Source: Psilocybe cubensis (Eukaryota). Taken from it: a stretch of DNA of 64,000 nt. Shown one piece after another: positions 22,297-35,488 of this stretch (position 1 is its first letter; every line of letters begins with the position of its first letter). Below the pieces are notes generated by a model. That model saw nothing but the letters and a program-made list of their open reading frames with translations, ran no database searches and was not told the origin of the DNA. The position numbers were made by a program, and so were the translations under genes. The stretch spans positions 1,426,001-1,490,000 of the forward strand of contig CM039006.1 of NCBI GenBank assembly GCA_017499595.2, written 5' to 3'.

Positions 22297-25200
22297 GGGT
22301 TAAGAATGACTCACTGACCTACGGAGCGCAGGTATTTAAATATGATACGAACGAGGTACTTCAGATCCTCGCGTTCTGTGCACGTTTGACTGAATAACAA
22401 TGATTATTTCCATATAATCGGACCGAAGAATATTTAGAAGACTTACAAAAGTAGAAAGATCGAAGATAAACGATAAAAGGCTGAAGTAGACAATGATAAG
22501 CCAATCCGAGCTGAAAAAGTGGTGTGAACAATTTGAGCCTCCAAGGTTCCGTTGCCAATAGTTCGCTGACAAGTCACAACCTCGAGGTAATAATCTGTGT
22601 TAGAATCAATGAAACTCTGTATGCAGTGGAGGCTATATTTCCATACCTAAAACTTCGGAGGTCGACCACTTAGCATAGATTGGCGATGATGTGATCACCA
22701 ATGCCACCCTCAAAATTCCATGTTGGCGATTGAACACTGTCATCATGTGACTTTATTAGGGCAGGCTTTTTGGCGTATCCTCTTGGTATCCTTTGAGTTG
22801 CATTTGTCTTTTGGACCGCTCTATCTCAGGGTGCAACATTCGTATTGTTTTCAAGTATATGTTTTTATTATAACTTCTATGATAGCTGCTTGTGATTCTT
22901 CTATCCCTGAGTGAAACATACCGGGCACAGTAGAAGCTTCTTCTCAGTAATCACTGCACATCGGCGTCCGAAGTAAAGCTTACCAGATCTTTGCCTGCTT
23001 TTGATTATCGCAGGACATCACTGGATATTTTCCAAATATGTTACTTTCACCGTGAATCGTGCTTCCCTAAAAAATGTATCAGACCAAATCAAGGCCATAT
23101 CTTCTCGCATGATCATGTACCCTCGAACGTTGTCATTTCGGGACCAGTCATCCTGTAAAGGCGGATATGCTCCAAAGCGCTCCACAGCTCTTGATAGCAC
23201 CACAGCGCCACAGCAACGGTCCCCATCAGTACAGCTTTCTCACATAATTATGTGGCAGCATGCAGCCGATCACGGGTTGCTGTGTAGCACTATACAGCAC
23301 CCTGTAGCATGAGGACACGTTCGATGGGTACTTTTCGATCCAGGGTCTGATGCAGGGTCCTTCCCCATTAGGAATATACCTTCGGTTACCTTGTCCCGTT
23401 GTGATTATGTAGCATTTAGGGCAGGGTTTGATACCTCCCGGCCGGTCCGTGTGATAGTGGTATAGGTCTGGCGCTCTCAACCAGTGTGTTACTTGTGTTT
23501 TAAACAGGTGTTTATACCACGTCACGTGACTGTCGGAGTTTTTACATATGACCGGTAAAACGACTCCTAATTCTCATTTTTTAGGCTGTTTATGGCTTTA
23601 CCAACAATTTCTCCAATATATAAACAATAAATACAATACATATGTCACTTTTTCAAAGGCGCACAGTACCTTGGGCAGTTTGTGCGCCGTTTTCAGTCAC
23701 ATCAGGGTACGAGGTAGGGGTGTCACATGAATGTGACCCGCGAGTCACAAAGGTCGAATTTCGACAATGTTTGCAGTCTGCACGCCGGGGCATGAGCTGC
23801 TAAGGTATGAAAGGTGCGCGGTTCAATAGTGTATGGTACTTGGTATGATTTCGTGTAAAAAAATGATGTCACAGCCAAATGAGTATAAAGTAATATCTAC
23901 CTGTATGATTAAACAAAGTTATCTATGTTCCATTCACCCGGTTTGCCTTGAGCAAAGTTTGAATCATCATCGTGAGTTGTCCTTTCAAAAAATAATTTGG
24001 AGCCCGGTCCATTTGTGTCAACATTGGTGATGAGCAAAACCAGGTTTTTATCATCAAGTTGCACAAAGGAAGAAATGTCAAACCGGTCAGATGTGCGAGT
24101 GAGTTGGATGGCACCTTCAGAAGTAGAGTTGGAGATGTGCAAAGCAGAATCCATGCGGTTGACTTTGTCCAAATACTATGTACACCCATGCATACAACTT
24201 CGTACACTACTCATTACCTCCTTCCTCCTCTAGTTATATTGTATACACCCTTCACCATCGCATCCGGGTCTCACACGCTCAGAATAATACTATGACACAA
24301 TCATGGCTTCACTGACCAGGAACATCCTTCTCGTGGCTTGTGTTTCCGTACGACCGACTGCGCCTGAGTTGTCATGATTGGAACCTACATTTGGAGTGGG
24401 ATATTTTTTCTCTCTTGTGCCTCTGAGGTGGCGTTTGGTATTTTTGGGGATCGGAAGGATACATAATCGCGAATCGTGAGTTGTTTTTGCTAGGTTTGCT
24501 AGTGACAATTTTCACGCAGAGCCATCCATCGGAGATGCCGATGCAAAAATATAGCAGTCTGTATATATAAATAGACCATCCATGATAAGTTTGCAACTTG
24601 TTTTGATTCTTGACGCGCTCGCCGCTCGTTTTCCAGTCACACACATTTCGGTCACGATGAAAGAAGGGATGTTAACGGGTCGGAGCTCAGATTGTCGCAT
24701 AGTCATCTAATGCGGCAACCGGACTCCAGTTATGTAGTATTTGCGAGGCCATTATTGCAGGACTTAATAGCCAGTTGCTTTGCATCTTAAAGATATCGTT
24801 GTCAGTGCACCAACATGATGTATAATGTACTCCACGTCAAGCTGGTCTTCGCCTTCAACTATCAAATTGTCACACTCTCGAACATCAGTTAGAATTCATG
24901 CTCCTTGTCTGATTCTACAGGCACAATATTCTGGTATCATGCAGAATCCCATGCAGGAGGTCGCCACAGAAAAGTCCCTAAATCAGCAACATCCTGATGG
25001 AGTCTTCGAAGAGTCTTCAACCAAAAGGGCATATGGTGGGTGATATTTGTGGGAAACAAAATAGCATCAGTGTCGATTGCTCCGTGGGGCAGAGCCATCT
25101 AAATGTATATCAGAAGGTCCTGCTCATACTGCGGAGTGCGTCCCGTCACGAGGGTGATTGACAATATTCAATGAGCAGGAAAGCTTGTTCTATCTACTTG

Positions 25201-25445
25201 CCAAGTAGAATTTCGGCTTCAAAGTTTGCAGTTTTTACCGGCGTTCTCGGCGGACTTCACGATGCTTGATTCGATTCCTAGTAAAGTCATTTCGATAATG
25301 TATTGTGATTGTCCAGATTGAGAAAATTATAGCTTAAAGATTAGATTAGCAGGCAGATTCAGCCCCGTGGCCATTGGCCATACAACTTTTTAAAGGAGGT
25401 GGAAGTTGACTATTGGTACCACAATAATCAAGATCGCAGACGAGT

Positions 25446-28033
25446 TCAAATGGAAGCCACATTTTCAGCAGGTATTTGATCTTGATCATCGAAGCCAGCA
25501 ATCTCTGAAAGGTTCAATGAGCGATGTCGAGTAAGCTGCGGTTGCTCAGTTTCTGGTCCAAAGTATGCGTGTAAGCATGGCGAAGATTTCAGCTGCGCAA
25601 TATCTGCATGGATGATCGAATGACAGAAGAGATCAAGGTCGAGATCATTCTGGTATGGTATGTGTCAACAGTGAACCAGCGTAATAATCTGAATGGAAGG
25701 AGGGACATACGTCGTCATAGCCTTTATGTACGTAGAACGTTAGAAAGTTCATCAGCGCTACTAGAAACGTCAAAGCAGGCCTCACCAAACGGTTGTTCGA
25801 TCTCTTCACCAGCCGCGAGGAATCCTAAATAAATAAACGCAGCGATCGCAACGCCGGGTATAGCGTAGTATCCGAAGATAGCGACCAACTGGAACGGTAA
25901 AAAGAAAAGGTACAGCCAAACAGTGCTAAATTCATAAGGTGGATTCATACTCTGACGGAAAGGTGTAAGATAACCTTACTGTCTGTTATGTTACAAAAAG
26001 AACAGTCAGAGTGTGAAAAGGAAAATAATAAAAATGAATGGACTAACCTGATATGTACTGCGTAAACGCTATTCACGATTGTAGGTTAGTATCAATCATG
26101 TGGGACAGAAAGTCACTTAATCACAATGGCAGTGGTGTTGTCAGGATACGCTCCAGAGCTAATAAACGAAGGAATCTAAACGTCATCAGACGTCAGCTAT
26201 GGAATAAAACTGCCTACCGGATAATGAATCTTCAAACGCAGCAATGGCACCTAGCATAGGCCCCAAAGTCGGCCCTAAAGGAGGTTATGAAATTAAATCA
26301 CAAAAAGGTGGACAAAACGACCCAAACATACCCTGTACAACCCCTCTATCATCGAGTACACTAATCCATTCGCTAAGACATCTCAGAATTTCGAGAGGAA
26401 GGTTCTCACCGCCCCCGGCGATTTTGGGGCGACTTTTAGTGTATAATCTGGGATGAACAGGACTTTGCCAATTACGGCCAGGGGGAAAACATTGGTTATC
26501 ATTGGCCAAAGCCTGGTGTTGGAATTTAGTATGTCAACGGGCTTGTCTTGTATAAGATAAAATACGTGCCGTGTTCTCTCCGCAAGATCCTTCCTGATGT
26601 TCAGAGCTTCGCATGAACCAGTGCTTCATGACACGGATCATGTTTGAAAACGGTATGAGATCCTTGTGCACTTTGTCCATGACGTTGTCGTTCTTCGGAG
26701 GCTGGGAAGAAGGCATCAGTAGTCTGTGCTCGTTATGAGCGGAGATGCTCGAGCTTTCAGAGAGATCAACATGTCGGCGCCGTGATGCTGGTCCAAGGTT
26801 ATTGGGGTCAAATGTACCGTATGCGTTGATGGGCGGGATAATGGGATCAGCGTCGATGTCGATGTATGCATGCCGAGATGATGAAGACGACGATGGTGTT
26901 GACGACACGACAGGACGCGTCACGGGAGTGTCAAAATTCACGATTTGGGATGTGATCCGTTGGGCCTTGCGCGGAGACGGAAGGGCAGAAGTGGTGGCGC
27001 CGTAATTATTATCATCATCGGCAGTATGGTGGTGCTAAGAACATATGAAATGAGACAATGGTAGAGGACACATTTTAGTAAAGGCTGACGTTGTGCATTG
27101 GGCGGACCAAGTGATAAAGATCCTCATAGTAAATTCCGACCTCGCCTTCACGTGGATTTTTGTATTAGGATATGCAAATGTGTATTATTGTGCAAAGAGA
27201 ACGCACTTCGTATATGGTGTTTCAGGGCCACAGCGAATCTTAACATGATTGAATAAATGTAAGGTAATGTGTTAATTTGAATAAACTTACCCTTCGACAA
27301 GATCTAATGCCATTCTTTTCTCCGCCATGACTTTATTTAACTCCTTCTGGGGGCGGTCTAGTTGTCCTGACTGAGTTTCTTGCTGCGTCTTAGGCGAGAG
27401 TCGGAGAGGGACATGGAACCATATGAGACGACCGAGAGTTCTTGAAGTCCTTATGACGTCCGACCAACAGGTCCTCCCTGTCCAATATCTGTCGTATCTG
27501 GAATTACACACACATTATTTATGATACCACTGTTAATAGGTCAGAACAAATACTTACCCACTGCTGGCTCGGTATGAGATGACGAAACCAATGACCACAC
27601 CTGACGAATCATACCAAGTTTTAAAACAGGCTTTAAAACGATAACAGTTACTTCATACCGAGAACTGTCAGCATGACATTCGGAACTTCGAGACAAATAA
27701 TTTTTCGCATATCCAATGTGACAATGACTGAAGTAACATGTTGAATAAGAATAAGGCAGGAGACAAATTCAAATATCGCACCTGCCGCAAAAGCTGTATG
27801 CAAGAGTACAGCTGGCCAGATTCTCCAGACCTATAAAATTTGACGCATATATAAACATGAGCAACGAGTGGCTTAGGCGATGGCATACGCACCACCGATC
27901 CTCTCCCTAATGTCCATGCTATAAGAGAATATACAGGTACGCGCGGTACGGCTTCATGGGTATGTCCAGGTTGGGAAGCAGGTAACAGTGAGTGCTTTCC
28001 TGTTGCAGAGCGTTTACTTTTCTGGGTTGTCAT
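25446..28033 (-). CDS. Bestrophin / UPF0187 family anion channel
   Basis: Multi-exon: GFVISYRASSG-YDRYWTGR, ENLPLEIL, LERILTTPLP, LFFLPFQL, GEEIEQPFG and NDLDLD. Confidence 0.9.
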
Positions 28034-28594
28034 TGCCGTGGTGAATTGTGGAGGGTGATGAAAAAAGAATGAGAAAGCCAAGTGGCAGAAGGAAGATAAA
28101 CAAAGGGATTCAAAGCACACTAAACGATCAGCACGAGCAGAGACGCGCTCTGCACGCTATGGTGGACTGTTGAAGTAAAGTGATGACAACGCCCTTGTCG
28201 ACATGCGATGGCGACAAACCCGTGGCAAAAGCCACCGAGGGACCAAGAAACCCCTGAGCGAGTCCCATTTGTCCCAGTACGTATCAGTCAAGGGGTTTCA
28301 ACATGTAATTGAGCCTCTTCCCCTCTTCCCCGAACGCGACGACAAAACTGCGATGCGGCAATGGATGGATGTGTAAACAATTAGCTCGTTTCGCAGTTCC
28401 AAGAACGCTAGCACGTCATCAAAACTGTACTAGTGTGTGCGGCGGTAGCCCCTTTTGAGGGGCTATTTCGCTCATGAAGAAAGCCTCGTGGTGACCCTGG
28501 ATGCTTCATATAATGGGAAATGCTGGAAGAAAACCTGGTCCAAACTCCTCATCCCTAAACTGAAATCCACATTAATTCACCAAATCCAACGACA

Positions 28595-30282
28595 ATGGTG
28601 TCGACAAACCAACCGTTCCAAGGGGTGAAATATGATGTATCCAAAGGATCCCACGGACGTGCTATCGTTGTGGAAGACCTCACAGGATGGGGTGTGAAGT
28701 ATGTTCGAATCCAATGGGTGGACTTGACGAACAACATCCGCTTTCGCGTTCTCCCTCTTGCGTACTTCCACAAGATACTCCAAACTCCGCGGCCTGGCAC
28801 CTCGCTCACCAAGGCGGTCCTGGGCATTGTGTTCATCACTGTCGTGGATGGGTTCAGGTGATTGTTTATTTGTCTCAGCGTTCATTAAGAGTAAATATGT
28901 AGGTGTCTGATATTTATAGCCCAACGGGAGAGTACGTCTATGCGGTGGATTTGTCGACGTTGAGGTTGTGCCCATATGCGCCAGGCCACGCAAGTGTGAT
29001 GGGTTGGTTCGAGGAGAAGGAGCCGGTTGCCGGCGTTGAAGGTCATCGATCTGTCGAGGTTGACCTTTGCCCACGGACCATCCTCCGTCGCGTCGTTGAG
29101 TCAGTTTTACTGTACGTCTCCACAACCAACCCCAAATTAACCTCTTACCTCCCAGAAAAGCAGAACAACGATGCAATACTCAATTCCTCATCGGATTCGA
29201 AACCGAATTTATTCTTCTGAAAAAGACATCGCCAATAGAGGCGGGCAACTCACATGGATGGTGCGTTGCCTCAGCGCTCCCGACAGGATCAGCAGAAGCA
29301 CAGATACTTGAGGAGATCGTGGACGCGCTACAGGCTCGAGGGTCCGATGTAGAAGTGCAGATGTACCACGCAGAGGCCGCGCCAGGTCAGTATGAGGTTG
29401 TAACGGGACCCCTTCCTCCTCTGCAGGCAGTCGACGCACTCATACACACCCGCGAAACCATTTTCAATATCGCAAGCAAGCATGGCATGAGAGCTACCCT
29501 CGCACCACGCGTTTTCATGGACAACTGTGGGTTTCGTTCAGGTTGGATATTCTTCGCGGTACACTGATATTTGTTGTATGCAGGCGGAAGCGCGGCGCAT
29601 GTACATATCTCAGTGCACCCTTCCAGTGGAGCGTCACCAGCCCATCTCCCACTGTCTACCAACTCCGTGCTTACCCCTCTCGAATCGTCATTTCTGTCCG
29701 GCGTTCTCGCGCATCTCTCATCTATCGCACTCCTTGCCTTGCCTACAGAACCATCTTACAAGCGTATGGCCGACGGTGTCTGGTCCGGAGGGACATACGT
29801 TTGCTGGGGCAGAGACAACCGAGAGGCTCCTCTCCGACTGTGCAACGCGTCTTCCCCCACCTCACGTAACTTTGAACTCAAGACGCTGGACGGAACAGCC
29901 AACCCATATCTGGCCATAGCTGCTGTTCTGGGTGCTGGCCTTGATGGAATTGAGCATGGGAGGGAGTTGAAGATCAAGGAGTGCAGTGGAGAGAAAAGCG
30001 CGGCTCTGTTGGGGTCAGCAGGGAGGGCGGAGCTAGGGATCACTGAGCGGTTACCACTAAGCTGGAAAGAGGCACGGGTCAACTTTGAAAAAAGCGAACT
30101 CGTCGATGAGTTTTTCGGTGCTGAATTCAAGACAAAGTTCTTGGCAGCGAACAAGGCATGTTTCCTTGCCATACCACTTGTTTGGGGGCGCTAACAGCCA
30201 TTATTTGCAGACTTTGCAAGAACAAATGTCTTTCGGGTTAATGGACGATGAGGAACTAAAACTCTTCGTTGAAACATTTTAA
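28595..30282 (+). CDS. Glutamine synthetase-like protein (FluG C-terminal type)
   Basis: YVRIQWVDLTN, CPRTILRR, IGFETEF, HAEAAPGQYEV, GSAAHVHIS, WGRDNREAPLR and FELKTLDGTANPYLA; four introns. Confidence 0.92.
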
Positions 30283-30426
30283 ATCCATTGGTGGTATAGG
30301 TATCATTATGAAATGGTAAAAAACTGTGTTTAGAATTTAAAAAGCAGATTAATTTCCCAATAAAAGATTAGTAAAGGAAACCGTCCCCACAAAATTCAAG
30401 ATGCCAGAGTTATGGCATCTTAAAAC

Positions 30427-32033
30427 CTATAGACAATCAACAGAAACTGCTCGTACATGCCCCTGCCCGACACTATTCACGCGCGCAAGCGACCGTTGTG
30501 GGCGAGGAGGTGGCATACTTCCCAACTTGAACTTCGCCAACTCAGATTTTGGCGGCAAAGTAGGCATCGGGGGCATTTCCGTTCTGTTCCAACCCTTGAA
30601 CTCAGTGGAGCCGAAGTGAGGTACGGCTGGAGAGCTGTTGTACCGCCTGTGTCCCCTTCCTTTCATTACAGGGATGGCGATGGCAGGAGGAGGGGAAATT
30701 GACCTCGGGGCTTGGATCGGCGTAGCATCGGATAGTGAACCCTCTACATTGCACGGCGGCCGAATGGAACGAGGAGGGCGGGGTCTCACAGGCATATTTT
30801 CACTGTGCGAAGATTCTTTACGCTCTTGTGTCACTTCTCCGAGGTGCGGGTGCGCAACTGCTATTGTAGTCTGTCGCCGCGACGAAGTTTTTGCAATCTG
30901 GCTATCCTTCTTGTTGATTGGCTGCATGGACAGATGGCTCATGGCTTTCCCAAATGCTTTGGCGTGCTTTGAGATCCTCTTTGCAGCGCTGGCCCTCTTC
31001 TTCGATGATACGATAACAGGTAAAGCCTCGCCATCCGAGTCGAGCGCCAACAGGTTGACAGGGATTTGCTCCTCTGATGATACAGTCGGACTGCCTCCCC
31101 GGAAAAAGGGGCTCAAGATGCTCGAGCTAGTGCTCAGTCGAAGGTGGGCCCTCAGGTTGGCCCGGGGTTCTGGAGCATGTGAAATTTCGACTGAAAGAGT
31201 CTGTTGAACACCGGGTGATGGGTTTGAAGAGATTTCCACTCCAGACTCTGTGCAATGTTGACTATCCGTTTCTGAAGTGGCATCGTCCGACAATGTTTCC
31301 CATTGAAGGCTCGGGCTGAATGCAACGCCATGCCTCCTTGTGTCGCCCACGTTAAGAAAAAGGCCAGCAGGTGCACGCGTAAGAGGACGAGTAGGTGCAG
31401 CAACTGAAATAGGAGAAGCAGCGGAAACTGGGGCGAATGGAGAGGGGCCACCTTGCCATGATTCCTGGCTGTATACGCTGCACGTCGATAGAACAGATAG
31501 AGCAGCACTGATGATCCGTGCCGATGCAGACGCAGTGACGACGAACAACGCAGGCGAGGGAGCTGCCGACTCCGAGGTTACCGCCGAATCCGATTCCTCC
31601 GTCGGTGTCAACTATAATGGAAATCGCCAGATGAAAAGACACGTCAGAAACTCTGTACAGTGCAGGGGACTATTGTCCTCTACCGCCCCACAAAATACAG
31701 TCACTTACCTCGCCGTAATTTGTCTTCGTGGCAAGGTCTGCCTTGACTCTGAATAAGAGCGACCTCTGCGCGACCAGCGGGGCAAGAGATATGCTCAGGC
31801 GTTGTGCTTTTGGGCGGTATATCCCCCGGCGGTATTGATGTTCCATGACTTTCTTATACAATAAGCAAAGTAGGTTACGGGAGTGTTTCGAGTAAGAATG
31901 GCAAGTTCAAGGCGCACAGCGTCCTTTGCCTAGATCTCCAGCGGTCAACGCTGTTTTCTTTGGAAGAGATGGTGGTGGTTGGGGTTTGAGAACCTAGAGA
32001 AACCCATTCGGCGAGCTCTGGTATTTGTTGCAT
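30427..32033 (-). CDS. Hypothetical Ser/Pro-rich, probably disordered protein
   Basis: 394-codon terminal exon plus two probable upstream exons bounded by GT-AG; no recognisable domain. Confidence 0.6.
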
Positions 32034-32843
32034 ATCAATATTTGATGAGAGTTGGTATGTAAGTTCGGAGGTTACTTTGATCACAGTTTCAAGTTTGATG
32101 CGTGGACGTTGATGACGCGTGATTGTCTACGAAGTACAATTTTCCCACGACTTGAAGACTGCCACAACATTCGAGTGTATTCAAGAGCAATTACAGCTAC
32201 TATCGTCAATGGATGATACCCTCACAAGATACCCTGTGCCACATACAGTCAAAATTTATCAATATATTTGACCCGAATGTGTGTACACGTATATATGCAA
32301 AGTTTGTGGCTAATACAATTTTAAGGCTACCACCTCAGCCTAGCAAAGAATCGGCTCTAATACCCCCCATTTCATCATACTCAACAGGATTTCAAAATTG
32401 ACTATATGTGTTTCCTCTGTCCTTTATTGTCATTATCTATTGTGGCTCTAGTATTGCTCTGGCGATGTCAAAACATCAAGGCGAACAACTTGACTACGAG
32501 CAGAACACTTGACTGCACTTTCTAGAAACCATTTGTACCGTAAAATATGAAAAAAGCTTCGGAATTCGCCAGATACTCTCGACTTGCGTGAAGGTAACGC
32601 TCCGGAGCAGTTGCTTGTCTACGAGTCAATCGACCAGACGGACATTCGACGCCGTTGATTGTCATCGGACTTTGATACTATAAGGTTTCAACCTTCCCCG
32701 ACAACATCTGACTCAAACTCCCATCACATTTTGAAAAAAGGATTGAACGGTGAGCCATATACATCTATGATATCAAGGTCTCAACTCGACTTTGCTTTTT
32801 CTGAAGGTACCAGAGATACTTAGATATTTTTTCAACCAATATC

Positions 32844-34730
32844 ATGGAATCTGACCTCGCACGCCTTCTACAATGCAACGAGATGCCATCCCAGCGAATG
32901 ATGGCCGAGATAAAACATTTCCTACAAGAACCTTTGGCAAAATTCAGGGCCAACCAGCTGGAGATTGAACGTCTGGAATACGCCATACGAACTCTCAATA
33001 ACGAACAAGCAAAAATTAAAGAAATTGTCAAGCCGTACAATACCGTCCTTGCGCCAATTCGACGTCTACCCACAGATATACTCCGTGAAATATTTTCTCA
33101 CTGTCTATCTTCCCATCGCCTCCCCATCATCAGCGCAACAGAAGCGCCTCTGCTACTCACCCACATCTGTAGCAGCTGGAGAACCATCGCTTTGTCTTCC
33201 CCGTTGCTGTGGTCCAAGATTATCATATCTCTTCCTTCTCAGACGTATTATGACAACAATGACAGTGACGAGGAGAAGGAGGACAAGTACATACTGAGCG
33301 AAGAAGAAATGGCTCAAAGACAAAATTACGAACGTGTTGCTGAATTACGCGCTGAAGTCACCAAGATTTGGTTAGATCGCTCCGGACCCAATTGCCCTAT
33401 TTCTATTTCCATCGTGTGCCCTTATACGAGATACCCTTGCTGGAACAATTCCATTGCAAATATCATCGATATCATCATACAGCACTCACGGCGTTTTCAC
33501 TCGATCGAAATGGCGGTCCAACAAAACTTGTATAGCCATATTCAAGAACTTCTCTCAGATGCAGATTTATCAATGTTAAAAGCCTTTAAACTCAAGATAC
33601 AAGAACCTATCAGTTATAGAACGCCTGCTAGACTACCCATTGATACTCCAGTTTCTCTTCCCTTGAAGAACCTCATGCTTGACACCTTTTCTCTTTCGTG
33701 GAAAACATGCACTAAAGATTTCACCGTCATTCCTATTTCGTGGAATCACCTTCGTCGTCTTTTCTTGCACTCCCCCATTCAACAAAAGGATATCATCCCT
33801 CTGCTTTCTGAATGCTCGAATCTCAGCGAATGTAGAATCTGGGTTTCAAATTACTTTCAGGAACCCGAAACTACCCCAAAAACATTGACTCGAAAGGTGT
33901 TTTTACCTCGCCTACACTCTTTATTCATTCACGATACGACACGTAGCCCTGTTACAGCAGCAGCATATGCAGCAATTGATGCTCCAGCTCTGAGAACCGT
34001 GGGATATACTCGATCCTATCATGGATCGGTTGATCGGTATGGAACCGTTACAGAGGACCTGAGCGCACAACTGTCTTCGTTCTGCCATATTGTTGAGGGA
34101 GCTTCTGTTGACAAATTTATGCTAGCAATGGCTTACCAGCTCTCCGAGACCATAGTTGGTGTACTCAAGAGGACTACTTGGCCCAAGCATGTTATCATTG
34201 GTCAGAAACCGCTTCCATTTCGTCTGGCAGAATCTACGGGGAGCCCAAGATACTTGGATACTACGGGGCCTCAAACTCTTCCAGAACTGAATCAATTTGA
34301 CCTCAGTAGCTTGACTATCACAAACGAATCCCACTCGACAGGCCATTTGCTCCCGCGTCTGGAGTATTTGGAGGTGTACGGCATCTCGTGTTCTAGCGAC
34401 GACGCGGCGGCCACGATGATCAAAAGTCGACTGTCTGCATATAAAGCAGGTTATGTCTCGTGCCTGAGAACAGTCATACTTCACTTTAACAGGCCCATGG
34501 AAAGAGATATAGAGGGGGAGATTCGTCAATACGCATATGACGCAGGTGTCTCTCCGGTCAAACTCAAGCTGATGTATAAACCGGTTAAAAGTCGCCTACC
34601 ACATATGATGACCTATTCTTCTTCGTATGGACTATCAAATCGAAAAGGCTTTACTTGGTCCGGTGCTATGGAGTACGATGAGTTTGGCGATTCCGTTGAC
34701 TCTGGAGAACAGGACGACGACGAATACTGA
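32844..34730 (+). CDS. F-box-like / LRR-like protein of the agaricomycete expanded family
   Basis: Coiled coil, then LAPIRRLPTDILREIFSHCL...APLLLTHICSSWRTIALSSPLLWSKI; single 628-aa ORF. Confidence 0.88.
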   Translation: MESDLARLLQCNEMPSQRMMAEIKHFLQEPLAKFRANQLEIERLEYAIRTLNNEQAKIKEIVKPYNTVLAPIRRLPTDILREIFSHCLSSHRLPIISATEAPLLLTHICSSWRTIALSSPLLWSKIIISLPSQTYYDNNDSDEEKEDKYILSEEEMAQRQNYERVAELRAEVTKIWLDRSGPNCPISISIVCPYTRYPCWNNSIANIIDIIIQHSRRFHSIEMAVQQNLYSHIQELLSDADLSMLKAFKLKIQEPISYRTPARLPIDTPVSLPLKNLMLDTFSLSWKTCTKDFTVIPISWNHLRRLFLHSPIQQKDIIPLLSECSNLSECRIWVSNYFQEPETTPKTLTRKVFLPRLHSLFIHDTTRSPVTAAAYAAIDAPALRTVGYTRSYHGSVDRYGTVTEDLSAQLSSFCHIVEGASVDKFMLAMAYQLSETIVGVLKRTTWPKHVIIGQKPLPFRLAESTGSPRYLDTTGPQTLPELNQFDLSSLTITNESHSTGHLLPRLEYLEVYGISCSSDDAAATMIKSRLSAYKAGYVSCLRTVILHFNRPMERDIEGEIRQYAYDAGVSPVKLKLMYKPVKSRLPHMMTYSSSYGLSNRKGFTWSGAMEYDEFGDSVDSGEQDDDEY

Positions 34731-35488
34731 TGCCAGCTGAAGTCTTTTAAGACTGTATTCACAACTGTGCTTTGGATTGGTTTTGATAAAATCTAGTCCC
34801 CACCACATATTGCCGATACTTCGTATCTAATGTCAATAATATTAAAGACACTTTGGAATCTCTGTTGCTCTCCTCTACGGCCGTTTCTACGAAGGGGGGT
34901 ACTAGCAGGAAATCTTTAGCTCTTTGCCCGGCTCTCGTACAGTGGTTGAAATTCAGTACAGATTCACATGATAATAGAATCAGGTACCATACGCCATCCT
35001 GGTCACTTGCCAGTGGTCGGGAGCACCGCAGAAACGTTCTACGTCATTAATGTTCAATCGAAAGGCTAGAGAGAGAGTATAAGAACCAATCAGGATGCTT
35101 GTGATGCTTGTACGGCAAGCCGGCCCTTCGTAGCCCGACGATGGCAATCTGCGAAACCTCGGAGGCAGTATAGAGATGGCATTAGAATAGCGTAGAACTC
35201 TTCTCCTGACTTTGACGTTTTGCTTCGAATCATAAAAAGCACCATTCGTTAACATTTCCTTTGACTTTTCTTCCACACTCTCTGCAACCGTGTAGCAGCT
35301 CTCGTCACATGCAAAATCCTCATGATTCGAGGCGTACATAGCTATAGGTGCCAGCAAGCATCATACCACTACGCAGTCTAGCGCTCCATGTGCGCGCACC
35401 TGGAGCGACTTCCGATAATAGGCCTAATTCCACCAATTTATGCGCTTTAAAAGGGCAAGATGCTCGCTATGCTACTCATTACCAAAAC

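Noticed and set aside
23521-23530. GTCACGTGAC palindrome (Cbf1/E-box-like; GTCACGTG also at 43888)
   Set aside because: Single short motifs are expected by chance or as generic promoter sites; no supporting context.
22600-25200. Possible decayed genes (short minus-strand ORFs at 23018-23525 and 23909-24207)
   Set aside because: No recognisable motif or consistent exon chain; cannot be supported without a homology search.
35348-35488. GTG-initiated 47-aa extension of the GH54 ORF
   Set aside because: The signal peptide begins at ATG 35489, and non-ATG starts in the ORF track are not credible for this fungus.
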